DNA from: an uncultured Phycisphaerales bacterium
GTDB lineage: Bacteria > Planctomycetota > Phycisphaerae > Tepidisphaerales > Tepidisphaeraceae
DNA length: 64,000 nt
Direction of reading: 5' to 3'
Assembly (NCBI GenBank): GCA_963758525.1
Contig: CAVWVQ010000002.1
Location: 352,001 to 416,000 of the forward strand
This document shows positions 22,801-32,198 of the stretch, in pieces. A program made the position numbers and the translations under genes. Numbering within the stretch: the first letter of the stretch is position 1; each line of letters opens with the position of its first letter. The notes under the pieces were generated by a model. That model made no database searches, had not been told where the DNA came from, and saw only the letters and a list, made by a program, of their open reading frames with translations.

Positions 22801-23515
22801 TGATCTCGGCGGCTTCATTACCGACGCGCAGAAAGCGGTGTCCGAGGATCTGCAACTCCCAGCCGGCTACACGCTCGCCTGGTCCGGGCAATTTGAGAAT
22901 ATTCAGGAAGCCAACGCCCGCTTAAAATGGGCCGTGCCGCTCACGCTGGTCATCATCGTGATGCTGCTGTACGCCGCGACAGGAAGCTGGTTTCGCGTGA
23001 GCGTGGTTCTGCTGGCCGTGCCGTTCAGTCTCGTCGGAGCCGTCTGGTTTCTCTATTTCCTGGGCTACAACCTGAGCCTCGCGGTATGGGTTGGCGTGAT
23101 TGCGCTGGCAGGGCTCGACGCCGAGACCGGCCTGGTGATGCTGCTCTATCTCGACAACAGCTTCGAGCGATTCAAATCGGAAGGGCGCATGAACACCACC
23201 CAGGATTTGTGGAGCGCAGTGCATGACGGCGCGGTGACACGAATCAGGCCAAAAACAATGACCGTCGCGGCGGCGTTCATCGGGTTGGTGCCGCTGCTCT
23301 GGGCCGCGGGCACTGGCGCCGATGTGATGCGCCGCCTGGCCGCCCCCATGCTCGGCGGACTGTTCACCAGCTTTCTGATGGAACTGCTGATTTACCCGAT
23401 CATTTTCTATGTAGTCAAAAGCCGCGGACTGCGGGACGACCGCAGCAGGCCGGTTCTTGACCGAGCCTCTGCGGCGATCGTCGCTGCCGCAGAAACGGAG
23501 GCAGTCCATGCTTAG
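19850..23515 (+). CDS. cusA: CusA/SilA heavy-metal RND permease
   Basis: DAVPDLSDVQVI, VEDQVTYPL, WARSRVLEYL, GPDATGVGWVY, NIMSLGGIAIAIG, GSEFMPPLDEG, RIRPKTMT; ATGA overlap with cusB. Confidence 0.95.
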   Translation: MIAQIIELSIRNKFMVLLLTGILVVAGIWATIHISLDAVPDLSDVQVIVTTDYPGQAPNVVEDQVTYPLTTAMMGIPHAKVVRGISMFEQSFVYIIFDDGTDLYWARSRVLEYLNFVKDRLPSGVEPKLGPDATGVGWVYQYTLFPGYYCPNHPNGIWHDDATGRWYAEKGDAPADRQSVLVKVRGFEQPGVSPLDGKPLVSSNQDLASLRGLQDWYLRYQLTAVPNVAEVASIGGFVKQYQVVLKPERLLAYNLPVNTIMTAIQRSNNDVGGSVIEMSENEYMVRSRGYLKGLKDLADVPVGIGKEGTPIMLSDVATLQVAGEERRGVGEWNGQGEAVGGLIVARFGANAYQVIHDAKAKLADLEAGLPPGVLIKTAYDRSDLIERSIHTLRHTLIEEMIVVGLVCMLFLLHARSELVAIFVVPGSVLVSILVMHAIGINANIMSLGGIAIAIGVVVDSAIIMVENAHKHLDREEERLHKNPDAVPRSRSDIIVGAAKEVGPSLFFSLLIITVSFTPVFVLGGESGRLFKPLAFTKTFAMASAAVLSITIIPVLMICFITNRVLPKRWGWRTNLAITLATMFVPATLLYFLPNLEPGADLYRWWMAVGWAVLAAMLLVPQKIIHEEKNPISYVLQKLYNPFFRAAIRFRWAVLILALLFMASAAWPFTKLGSEFMPPLDEGDLLYMPTTDPSISITKARQVLQQTDKLIKTFPEVISVYGKIGRANTATDPAPLDMIESVIRLQTDPAKWRTRMMSYFFDHWPSALRWPLEHTFWPRERKITMEELIYGWTDPDGADHPGLNAVVTEPGVANAWPMPIENRTNMLSTGIKTPVGIKIMGPDLEVLSELASKASTILLNVRGTASAYPERTFGGYYLDIDVDRQRAARYGLTSGDVQDVISTSLGGMKTTTAVEGLERYPVNIRYARDLRDDPSAIRQVLIPTATGAQIPLGMVADVKIEPGPPMIKSENARRSALIFVDVTGRDLGGFITDAQKAVSEDLQLPAGYTLAWSGQFENIQEANARLKWAVPLTLVIIVMLLYAATGSWFRVSVVLLAVPFSLVGAVWFLYFLGYNLSLAVWVGVIALAGLDAETGLVMLLYLDNSFERFKSEGRMNTTQDLWSAVHDGAVTRIRPKTMTVAAAFIGLVPLLWAAGTGADVMRRLAAPMLGGLFTSFLMELLIYPIIFYVVKSRGLRDDRSRPVLDRASAAIVAAAETEAVHA

Positions 23516-25132
23516 CTTGCCGACCGCGAGTGCTCGCCCTTTCCCCCTCCCCTGGTACTCCGGGGGAGGGCCGGGGTGGGGGCAAGAAGCGCCGATTTCC
23601 CGAGGGACCCGCACCCTGATCGTCCCCCGGAATGCCAGCGGAGGAAACAATTTCGACTACAACCATGCCGCGATCAATGCCCCCTCTCCCGGTACTCCGG
23701 AAGAGGGTTGGGGTGAGGGTGATTTCGAGCACCAACTGCGGTCGACGTTCCAAATCACCCCTTCCCTCCCCCGAAGTAGCGGCAAACGGGGCACCTTGCT
23801 TGAACTTCTGACACTACTCGTTTCTTCCATCATTGCTTTGGGAATTGCCGGCTGCACGATTCACCCTCCGGGCGAAAGCGACGAGCGAACTGCGGCTTCC
23901 GCATTGGGCAAACCGTATGAGAAGCCTCCGGAAGCCCGCGAGATTCCGGCGCTTCCCGAGAATCCGACGGCCGATCAGCTTGTGCAATACGCGCTGCTGA
24001 ACAACGCGGACTTGGAGCAGCGATACTGGATCTGGCGATCGGCGGTCGAACAGATTCCGCAGGATGGAAGCCAGACGACGACGCCGAATATCGCCGGCGG
24101 CACGACCATCACCGATGGCCGCACCAACTGGCGCAGCAGCACGCTCGCGCTGGGCAACGATCCGATGACCGATATCAAATGGCCCGGCAAGCTGGATGCG
24201 GCGGCAAGAGAAGCCCTGGAAAACGCGCGGGCCGCCGGCCAGCGTTTCCTCAGGGCGAAATACGATCTTCGCGGCAAAGTGATCAGCGCCTATGACGAGT
24301 ATGCCCTCAACTCGCAACTGATCCGGCTCGAACAGTCCAACGAGCAGTTGCTGGAAATCACCGCCACCACAACCGCTGCACGCAGCCGCACCGGGAGCGC
24401 GGGTCAGCAGGATACCCTCAAGGCTGACAACGAACTCGATCTGTCGCGAAACAGCATTGCACAGATGCGGTCACAACTCCCGGGCCAGCAGGCATTGCTC
24501 AACGCACTTCTGGATCGGCCACCGGGCGCCCCTTGCCAGCGCCGGCCGAGCGATCGCCGTCGCGCCCGATCGCATACTCGGATGAAGCGCTTGTCGAGCT
24601 GGCTGCGAAACACAACCCGGAGTTGGCCGCCCTCGCCGATGAGATCCACGGTCGGGCCGATGGGATTCGCCTGGCGCAGCTCCAATATTTCCCCGATTTC
24701 AATCTGAGCGCGGGGACCGATCTGATGGGCATCACCCAGTCCGTCCTCGGACAGGTGACGATTCCGATTTTCAGGTACGAAGCGTTGAACGCCGCCATCG
24801 CTCAAACCGAGGCGAATCTGCGCATCTCCGAGGCAATGCGTCGTCAATTTGCAAATGACCTGGCAGCCCAGGTGGTTGGAGATATCACATTCATACGAGA
24901 CGCTGATCGTCAGCTCGAATTGTTCGAGCAGACGATTCTTCCCCGCGCCCGCCAGATCGTCGACATCGGCCGCTCCAGCTACGAAGCTGGCCGATCCACC
25001 TTGCTCGATTTGCTCGACAGCGAACGATCCCTGATCGCGCTCCAGCGGCTCGTAGCCAACCTGCAATTCAGCCGCGACAAGCGCGTGGCCGACCTGGAAG
25101 CCATCGCCGCGACGAAATTAGAACAGAGTTGA
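23508..25132 (+). CDS. TolC/CusC-family outer-membrane efflux lipoprotein, frameshift near 24530; start 23508 or TTG 23796
   Basis: Lipobox IAGC, ALLNNADL, WPGKLD, AQLQYFPDF, ILPRARQ...SYEAGRSTLLDLLD; follows cusA. Confidence 0.85.
23543..23790. repeat. Cluster of CCCTCACCC-type REPs
   Basis: CCCCCTCCCCTGGTACTCCGGGGGAGGGCCGGGGTGGGGG; CCCCTCTCCCGGTACTCCGGAAGAGGGTTGGGGTGAGGGTGATTT; a degenerate copy near 23752-23790. Confidence 0.8.
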
Positions 25133-25148
25133 ATCCTCATCATATGAG

Positions 25149-25541
25149 TCAATGACGCGGAAAATATTCAGCCAGCAGTTCCCCCGCGCCAGTGACGGCG
25201 TGGACCAGCGCATCGGTGAACCGCGAGTCTTTCAGGTAGGCGGCGGTCTCGTCGCGAAGCTTCGACCAGAGAACATCGCCAACGTGAGCGTGGATGGCGG
25301 CGTCGCCATAGATGGCGAAGGTGTGCGATTTGGGGGCGACGAAGATCAGCACGGCGTTATGCTCGGGATGCTTGTCGAGCCGCAGCGCGTGAAAATGCCA
25401 CTCGGCCAGAGCAACCGGATCGGAACATTCGCGCTTTGAAACCAGCAGGCGGATGACGCCGGTGGTCTGATTCTCGGCCTTTGCGATGGCCGCGAGGATG
25501 CGCGATTCGTCGAGCTCCTGGATGAAATGAGCGTGTTTCAT
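25149..25541 (-). CDS. TPM-domain protein (short)
   Basis: ILAAIAKAENQTTGVI, NAVLIFVAP, FAIYGDAAI; lies in the lemA operon. Confidence 0.85.
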   Translation of the reverse strand: MKHAHFIQELDESRILAAIAKAENQTTGVIRLLVSKRECSDPVALAEWHFHALRLDKHPEHNAVLIFVAPKSHTFAIYGDAAIHAHVGDVLWSKLRDETAAYLKDSRFTDALVHAVTGAGELLAEYFPRH

Positions 25542-25544
25542 CGG

Positions 25545-26447
25545 TTACCAGCTTCCTCCCGCGCCGCCGCCCCCTCCGGTGCCGCCGCCTCCGGAAAAGC
25601 CCCCGCCACCACCGCCATCGCCGCCTCCTCCGCCGCCGGAATACGATGACCCGCGGGAAGAACCGCCGTTCATCAGGCTGCTGAGAAAAAAGAGATAGAT
25701 GTTTTCGGCAATCGAGAGGGATCGACTGTGTCGCTGGTAGAACGTCCCGCCGAAGTTGTGGAGGATGAAGAGGACGATGCCGATGAAAACGAAGATGGCG
25801 CCCGCCCCGATGACCAACCCAAATAGCGAGACGCCAGAACCGGATGTGGTGTCAGGCGGTGCCGAGTGATCTGGAACCGTCGCTCCGCCGGCAGCATTTG
25901 CGCTGCCGCTGCCCCGATATTCGCCGCGCGTCGCGGCCAGAATCGCGTTGATCCCGGCTCCGAGGCCGCCGGCAAAATCTCCTGCCTTGAAGCGCGGGGC
26001 GATCTGCTGATCGATAATCTCTTTGCAGGTTGCATCCGGCAGTGCGCCTTCCAGGCCGTAGCCGACCTGGATGAACATTTTGTGGTCCTGCACGAAAACG
26101 AACAGGACAATGCCGTTATCCTTTTTCTTCTGCCCGACGTGCCAGGCCTCCTTCACCCTGAACGTGTAGTCGGCGATGTCGGAATCCGATTGCATCTTCG
26201 GAAACACGGCGACGACGACCTGCGTCGATGTGTCCCGCTCGAACTGCAGCAGTTGTTGATCGAACTGCGCCGCGGTCTCGGCCGAAACGACGTTCGCGTA
26301 ATCATTGAAATGCTTCCGCGGCGACGCCGGAATGACTTCAGCCGCGCCGCAAGGACGAGAGAGCAGGCATATGAAGAAGAGCGCGGTCGCGAGCGACCAA
26401 CGGGCAAGATTTGATATTAGAAGCCCTCTAAGCCGCACGGCAGTCAC
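25545..26447 (-). CDS. TPM-domain (YgcG-like) membrane protein with Gly-rich tail
   Basis: NDYANVVS, VGQKKKDNGIVL, IQVGYGLEGALPD, C-terminal GGGFSGGGG...GGSW. Confidence 0.9.
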   Translation of the reverse strand: MTAVRLRGLLISNLARWSLATALFFICLLSRPCGAAEVIPASPRKHFNDYANVVSAETAAQFDQQLLQFERDTSTQVVVAVFPKMQSDSDIADYTFRVKEAWHVGQKKKDNGIVLFVFVQDHKMFIQVGYGLEGALPDATCKEIIDQQIAPRFKAGDFAGGLGAGINAILAATRGEYRGSGSANAAGGATVPDHSAPPDTTSGSGVSLFGLVIGAGAIFVFIGIVLFILHNFGGTFYQRHSRSLSIAENIYLFFLSSLMNGGSSRGSSYSGGGGGGDGGGGGGFSGGGGTGGGGGAGGSW

Positions 26448-26456
26448 CTTGTGCGA

Positions 26457-27065
26457 CTACTTTCCGAAATTGAAGTTCACCGTCGGCGCCGTCGCGGCCG
26501 ATTCCACCGCGGCAAAATAGGGCTTTTCCTTGAAGCCGAACATCGAAGCGGTGATCGTGCTCGGGAACGTATGCACGGCGGTGTCGTAGTTCTGAACGAC
26601 GGTGTTGAATCGCTCCCGTTCGACCGAGATGCGGTTTTCGGTCCCTTCCAACTGCGCCTGCAGATCGCGAAAACCCTGGGTCGACTTGAGATCGGGATAT
26701 CGCTCGGCCACCACCATCAAATGTGACAGGGCGCTGGAGAGCTGGCCCTGCGCCTTTTGAAATTGTTCGAGCGTCGCCGCGTCATCGGGTGCCTTGGATG
26801 CGTCTACAGTCACCCTTCCCACCGATGCCCGCGCATCCGTCACTTCAACCAGCGTCGATTTCTCGAAGTTGGCCGACCCCTGCACCGTCTGCACCAGATT
26901 GGGAATCAGATCGGCCCGCCGCTGATACACGTTCTGCACCTGCGCCCACTGGGCGTTGGTGGATTGCTGCAGGGTCACGAGATGATTGTAACTGCCCATG
27001 CACGACAGCCCGCTCACGAGCAGCAGCGCGACCAGGACAACAAGCACGATTAAACCGGTTTTCAT
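26457..27065 (-). CDS. lemA: LemA family protein
   Basis: SYNHLV, QWAQVQNVYQRRADLIPNLV, ERYPDLKS, QLEGTENRI. Confidence 0.93.
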   Translation of the reverse strand: MKTGLIVLVVLVALLLVSGLSCMGSYNHLVTLQQSTNAQWAQVQNVYQRRADLIPNLVQTVQGSANFEKSTLVEVTDARASVGRVTVDASKAPDDAATLEQFQKAQGQLSSALSHLMVVAERYPDLKSTQGFRDLQAQLEGTENRISVERERFNTVVQNYDTAVHTFPSTITASMFGFKEKPYFAAVESAATAPTVNFNFGK

Positions 27066-27163
27066 GAAGCGTTTCTCCAGGGCCTCGGCATGGTCGGCCA
27101 AACTCTGCATATATCGTACAGACGACCAGCGCGACATGGAACGGCAACCACTCGCATCGCACA

Positions 27164-27306
27164 GGGTGTGGCGCTCGAAAGTGGCGATCGGCTCCGAGTA
27201 GGGCGGGATTCATCCCGCCGATTTGTTGGCCGGCTGAGAAAACGACGGGATGAATCCCGCCCTACGATCGCAAAATCTGCAATCGCCACAAATAAAAGTT
27301 ACACCC
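27164..27306 (-). mobile_element. 143-bp MITE, copy 2 (inverted relative to copy 1)
   Basis: Reverse complement of 16627-16769 with one substitution seen; flanks ATCGCACA / ATCGCGCC. Confidence 0.85.
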
Positions 27307-27452
27307 ATCGCGCCTGGAAACGGCCAGAAGATTGGAAAGATTCTCACGGTTGCCGCAGTGCAGCCGCCGCGCTTGCTCGCGGGTTTTCCCGAGCGGGCAT
27401 ATTCGTGCGTGAAACGGAAAAGAACATCCGATATCGGCGCTTCTCCTCTGCT

Positions 27453-28245
27453 CTACGCGTTTAGCACGGGCGGGACGCCCGTGCCGCGAGAAAGCATTTC
27501 GTCAACGCGAACGAACGCGAATCCGGCTTGCCGAAGATATGGAATGACGTCCGCGAGAATCGCTCCAAGACGGAGTGGCTCAGCGCCGCCGTCATGAAGG
27601 ACGATGATGCTTCCGTCTCCGGCTCGTGCGCAAATGCGCCGAATGACAGTTTCAGTCGATCGGCGCGTATCGAAAGTGCGAACGTCCCAGCCGATCATGG
27701 TCAGCCCGGTTCGGCGCAGCGCCGGGAAAATGCGGATTGGTCAATCCCACTGGCGGGCGCACGAATTTCGGCGATGTTCCGCTGGCTTGTTCAATCGCCC
27801 GCTGCGTCCGCACCATTTCGTCAACCAGGCCGCGGCGGCGCAGGAGCCCGGTCCACCAGCCGTGGGTGAAGAAATGATTGGCAATCAAATGCCCCTCGGC
27901 GACGATGCGCGCCGCCAATTCGGGGTGTGCCTCGACGTTTCGCCCGATGCAGAAAAATGTCGCAGGCACATTTTCGCGCCGCAACAGATCGAGCAGCGCG
28001 GGCGTGGCAAGCGGGTCGGGTCCGTCGTCAAACGTCAGGGCGATCTTTTTGCGGCCTGGCACACCGCGGCAGACCGCGCGGCAAAAAAACTGCAGGCCGA
28101 TGCACGACATTCCCAGCGAGAAAACCGCAACGTAGAGCACAGCCAATGCGATGAGTCCGTACAGGCGCTCCCGGCCGTGGTGCAACAGCGCCACGGCAAG
28201 CGCCGCCGCGATGGTGAGCAGCGTGGTGAGCGTGAATCGACTCAT
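27453..28245 (-). CDS. Polysaccharide deacetylase (NodB family) with N-terminal membrane segments, frameshift near 27715
   Basis: IALTFDDGP, ATFFCIG, GHLIANH...H, RPPVG.TNP, then IGWDVRTFD...IIVLHD in a second frame. Confidence 0.88.
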
Positions 28246-28362
28246 AATTGAAGGCGGCGCGAACGTAACAGATCAGTTTGTAAATGAACAGGAATCTGCT
28301 GAAGAGGCGGCATCTTCGCCCCGCGGGAGTTGCTGTTGCGACATCTTCCAGCCGTTCATAAA

Positions 28363-29685
28363 ATGCGCGCGGTGACAACTCCGGTGGCAGCGCGGGATAT
28401 CGAAATCGACCTCAATTCGCGGCAGATCGAAGCCCTGCTGAATCGGGGCGTGGCAGCGACGGTTGCCAGCGCGCGTGTGCATTCGCCATTTTATCGGGAG
28501 CACCTGGCGGGATTGCCGGAGGTGCGCACCACTGCCGACCTGGCGGCCCTGCCGCCGACAACCAAACAACACGTCGCCGAACGAAACCGCGATTTCTGGG
28601 CCGTCGGCGCCGAGCAGTTTATCGACATCACTACCACAAGCGGGACCACGGGCCAGCCCACCCTCTGTCCCATCACGCAGCAGGACTTGGACCGGCTCGG
28701 CCGCAACGAGCAACTCTGCTTTTCCCGCGCGGGTTTGAGGGCGGGCGACGTTGTCCTGCTGGCGGTGACAATCGACAAATGCTTCATGGCCGGGCTGGCA
28801 TATTTTGAGGGGCTGAGGAAGCTGGGCGCCACGGCGGTGCGCGTTGGCGCTGGCTCGCCCGCGATGCTGCTGAGCATGATGCAGCGCCTCGGCGCGACGG
28901 CAATCATCTCTGTCCCCTCGTTTCTCAAACGCGTCGAGACGTTCGCCCGCGAGCAATCAATCGACTTGCGCAGCCGGCGTGCGAAAACTGATCTGCATCG
29001 GCGAGCCGATCCGCGATGCCGACTGGAAGCTGACGCCGCTGGGAGCGCAAATCGCCGACGAATGGAATGCATCGGTCTTCTCCACCTACGGCATCACGGA
29101 GCTGGCCAGTTCGCTGTGCGAATGCCCTGCCGGTCGAGGAGGCCATCTGCACCCCGAATTGCTGCATATCGAGATTCTCGATGACGATGGGCGCACCGTC
29201 CCCGACGGAACCCCCGGCCAACTCGTCGCGACAACGATCGGCGTGCAAGCGATGCCGATGGTCCGTTTCGCGACCGGAGATATCACGTTTCTCCTGCGAG
29301 AGCAGTGCGCCTGCGGCCTGTGGACGCCGCGCATCGGGCCGATCCTCGGCCGCCGCGATCAGGCGATGAAGATCAAGGGAACGACCGTCTATCCCGCGGC
29401 GGTGCAGCGCGCGCTGCATGGGATCGAAGCCATCGCGGATTACATCCTGATTGCAACTTCCGCTGACACACTGTCAGACAAACTGGAAGTCGTCATCGCG
29501 CTCTGCGCGGGAGCCGCCGTGGACGGGCGCAGGAGATGATCCGCGAGAAGCTTCGCGGCGAGCTGAAAGTGCTCCCGAGTGTCCGGCTCGCGACAGCCAG
29601 GGAAATCGGGGCGTTGGGTGGCTCGCGCGAACTGCGAAAGCAGCGGGTCTTCGTCGATCGCCGCAATCGGCAGGAACGCGGATGA
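28363..29685 (+). CDS. Phenylacetate-CoA ligase-family (AMP-binding) protein, frameshifts near 28975 and 29525
   Basis: LPPTTK, TTSGTTGQP, CIGEPIR, STYGITE, RFATGDI, ILGRRDQAMKIKGTTVYP; stop overlaps the next ATG. Confidence 0.85.
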
Positions 29686-30776
29686 TTCCCGCGGTCATCA
29701 TTCTTTCCTCCGTCCCGGGATCGGATCTCGAGCCTGCCGCGCGCGACGCGCGCCAGTTGGTCCCGCATGTCCTCCTGGCCGAGAATCCGCGCGGCTACGG
29801 CGCGGCGTTCGCGATCGCGTTTGCCAGGGCAATTGAACTCGGCTGCACGCATGCCATCGTGCTTGACGTCGCCAGGGGGCATCAGCCCAGGTATCTGCCG
29901 ACGTTCCTCGCAGCCGCCGCGCAGAGTCCCGACGCGATCATCGTCGGCGTGCGGCACTACGACGCGGAACAACCGTCGTCTGCACAGCGCTTCGGCCGGT
30001 GGAACTGCGACTTGTGGACGTGGATCGAGACCGGCCGATGGATTCGTGACACCACCTATGGATACAAAGCCTATCCGCTGGCTCTGGCCGGGAATATCGC
30101 GGTGAGGTCGGAACAGACCGATTGCGAAGTGGAGTTGTTCGCCAAGGCATTGTGGGCGGGCGTGGGCGTCGTGCAGATTCCGCTGGCGACCGACGCGCGG
30201 ACCGAAGCCTTGGTCCCGCTGCGGATGAGAGAAGCGATTCGATTCGGCGCGACGACGACTCGTCTGACCGTCGAGCGGTTTCTTCTGCCTGCCCCGCTGC
30301 GCGAGACGATGCATCAGAGAAGCTTTGCCGACCTGCCCGTAACGGAGCGCATAGGAATCATCTCCCGGCAAGCCATTGCACACCACTGCGACGCCCCCGC
30401 GCGCTTTGCGACTTGCATCGGCATTGGCGTCTTTTTCGGCATCCTGCCGATCTGGGGCTTTCAGATGATTGCTGCCGCCGCGACAGCCCATCTGCTGGGC
30501 CTCAGCAAGCATCTGGTCTTGGCCGCGTCCTATGTCTCATCGCCGCTGACATTGCCGATCATCCTCTATGCAAGCCTGGTGCTGGGCCAACTGATGTTGC
30601 ACGGGCAATTCACGGGTTTGCCGCGGCCGGATGAGCTTCAGCGGTCGGCGCTGCTGCCTTACCTCGGCGAATACGTTGCCGGGAGTATTCTCCTGGCAAT
30701 CGCAGCAGGACTGGTTTCGTCTCTGCTCGCGTTCGTGGCCGCGAGCCTGCTGAAATCATTGCGAGGAGCGACGTAA
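29682..30776 (+). CDS. GT2-like glycosyltransferase fused to a DUF2062-like membrane domain
   Basis: NPRGYGAA, THAIVLD...GH, DTTYGYKAYPL, EVELFAKALWAG; C-terminal GIGVFFGILPIWGFQ...P.ILYASL.LG. Confidence 0.75.
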   Translation: MIPAVIILSSVPGSDLEPAARDARQLVPHVLLAENPRGYGAAFAIAFARAIELGCTHAIVLDVARGHQPRYLPTFLAAAAQSPDAIIVGVRHYDAEQPSSAQRFGRWNCDLWTWIETGRWIRDTTYGYKAYPLALAGNIAVRSEQTDCEVELFAKALWAGVGVVQIPLATDARTEALVPLRMREAIRFGATTTRLTVERFLLPAPLRETMHQRSFADLPVTERIGIISRQAIAHHCDAPARFATCIGIGVFFGILPIWGFQMIAAAATAHLLGLSKHLVLAASYVSSPLTLPIILYASLVLGQLMLHGQFTGLPRPDELQRSALLPYLGEYVAGSILLAIAAGLVSSLLAFVAASLLKSLRGAT

Positions 30777-32077
30777 TGCGCACCGCATGGGTGACGGTGG
30801 CGATGCTGCTGGTTCTCAGCGCTGGAGTGCTGCGATCGCATTTTGACCCGGGAGCATCTCTGGTTGGGACGTGGGGAAACGGCTTGCTCGGCGGGCACCC
30901 TAAACAAATGCGCCTGGAAGTGGGGGCACATTTTGGCGCGACGGCCTGTATGTTTGCAGCGGCGACCGGATTGCTGTTCGTCTGGTTGGGCCATCTCGAA
31001 CTGGCGCTGACGGCGATGTTACCGGTAGCGCTCTGCTGGACGGCGACACTCGGACTCCTCCGCGGATTCGATATGGAGGTCAATCGGTCTGATCTGTCGC
31101 TGCTGCTGATTTGTCTCATCCCGGCGACGACTCAGAGCCTGTTGCTGCTAAACGGCCATCTCATGAGGTATCGCGGCCATGAGCCATCCCCGCGGTGGAC
31201 AGATTTCAAACTTCTCCTGCCATTGGTGTTGGTCGTCGTGGTGGCGGCGTTATCACATCTGGCGTTCAAGGACGCGCTCACGTCGAATTTCCTGCGCTTC
31301 TGTATATTGATCCCGCTCCTGGGATACATCCTGGCAGTCGACAATATCGTTAGTCCAGTGGCGTATTTTCTGATGCCGTCGAAACGAAAACGCTCGGCTG
31401 TGGCGTTCAGCATGCCGGGTGCCATGAGAGTGCACTCGCTCTATCGCTATCTCGACATCCCCGCGGAACAATATGTCGTCTGGAAAGTGCGTCTGGATCC
31501 GATTTTCGCGCACCTTGATGCTGCCGTTCCATCCAGCGGGCGGATTTTCGACGCCGGATGCGGCTATGGAATTATGTCGAATTTGCTGGCAATGCGATCC
31601 GCGAGCCGCACGGTATTCGGATTCGATCAGGATGAAAGAAAGTTGCGCGTGGCGCGACGGGCCGCGCGCACGCTCTGCAATGTGCATTACCTGAGCGCGG
31701 ATCTGATCGATGCCGGCTACCCAGTTTCGGACTGCGTGCTTCTGATTGATGTCCTGCACTACTGGTCAGCGGAAAAGCAGCGACGCATTATCGCCGGATG
31801 CGCCGGATGCCTGCGGCCCGCAGGAACGTTGATTTTTCGCGAGGGGATGCGCAACGCATCGGCCGGCCATCGCGCCGTTGATTGGGCGGAGCGGGCCGCC
31901 GTCTGGCTGGGGCACAATCCGCGCGGGGACGGACTTTGCTTCCAGCCTCGTGAGTTTTATCTGCGCGAATTCGCGATGCATGGCCTGGAGTTGCAGAGCG
32001 AGCCCCAGGGTTGGGGAAGAGGGTCGAATGCGGTTCTGATATTCAGCGCCACGTCAGGTGCGACCGTTATTGCATGA
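30776..32077 (+). CDS. Membrane (MMPL-fragment-like) protein fused to a class I SAM methyltransferase
   Basis: Several hydrophobic segments, then YVVWKVRLD, IFDAGCGYG, GFDQDERK, LIDVLHY, LRPAGTLIFREG. Confidence 0.7.
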   Translation: MRTAWVTVAMLLVLSAGVLRSHFDPGASLVGTWGNGLLGGHPKQMRLEVGAHFGATACMFAAATGLLFVWLGHLELALTAMLPVALCWTATLGLLRGFDMEVNRSDLSLLLICLIPATTQSLLLLNGHLMRYRGHEPSPRWTDFKLLLPLVLVVVVAALSHLAFKDALTSNFLRFCILIPLLGYILAVDNIVSPVAYFLMPSKRKRSAVAFSMPGAMRVHSLYRYLDIPAEQYVVWKVRLDPIFAHLDAAVPSSGRIFDAGCGYGIMSNLLAMRSASRTVFGFDQDERKLRVARRAARTLCNVHYLSADLIDAGYPVSDCVLLIDVLHYWSAEKQRRIIAGCAGCLRPAGTLIFREGMRNASAGHRAVDWAERAAVWLGHNPRGDGLCFQPREFYLREFAMHGLELQSEPQGWGRGSNAVLIFSATSGATVIA

Positions 32078-32198
32078 TGCGGTGGCGGAATGGATTTGCC
32101 GTTGTACCGACGCGGTGCGCGACAGTATAAGCCGCTCGGCGACGACGACCGGAGTTCTGGACTTTATTGCAAACCTATCAAGTGAAGGCAGCGAATCG

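Noticed and set aside
16627..27306. Composite transposon carrying the cus operon
   Set aside because: Each MITE has its own flanking repeat, the outer flanks do not match each other, and there is no transposase.
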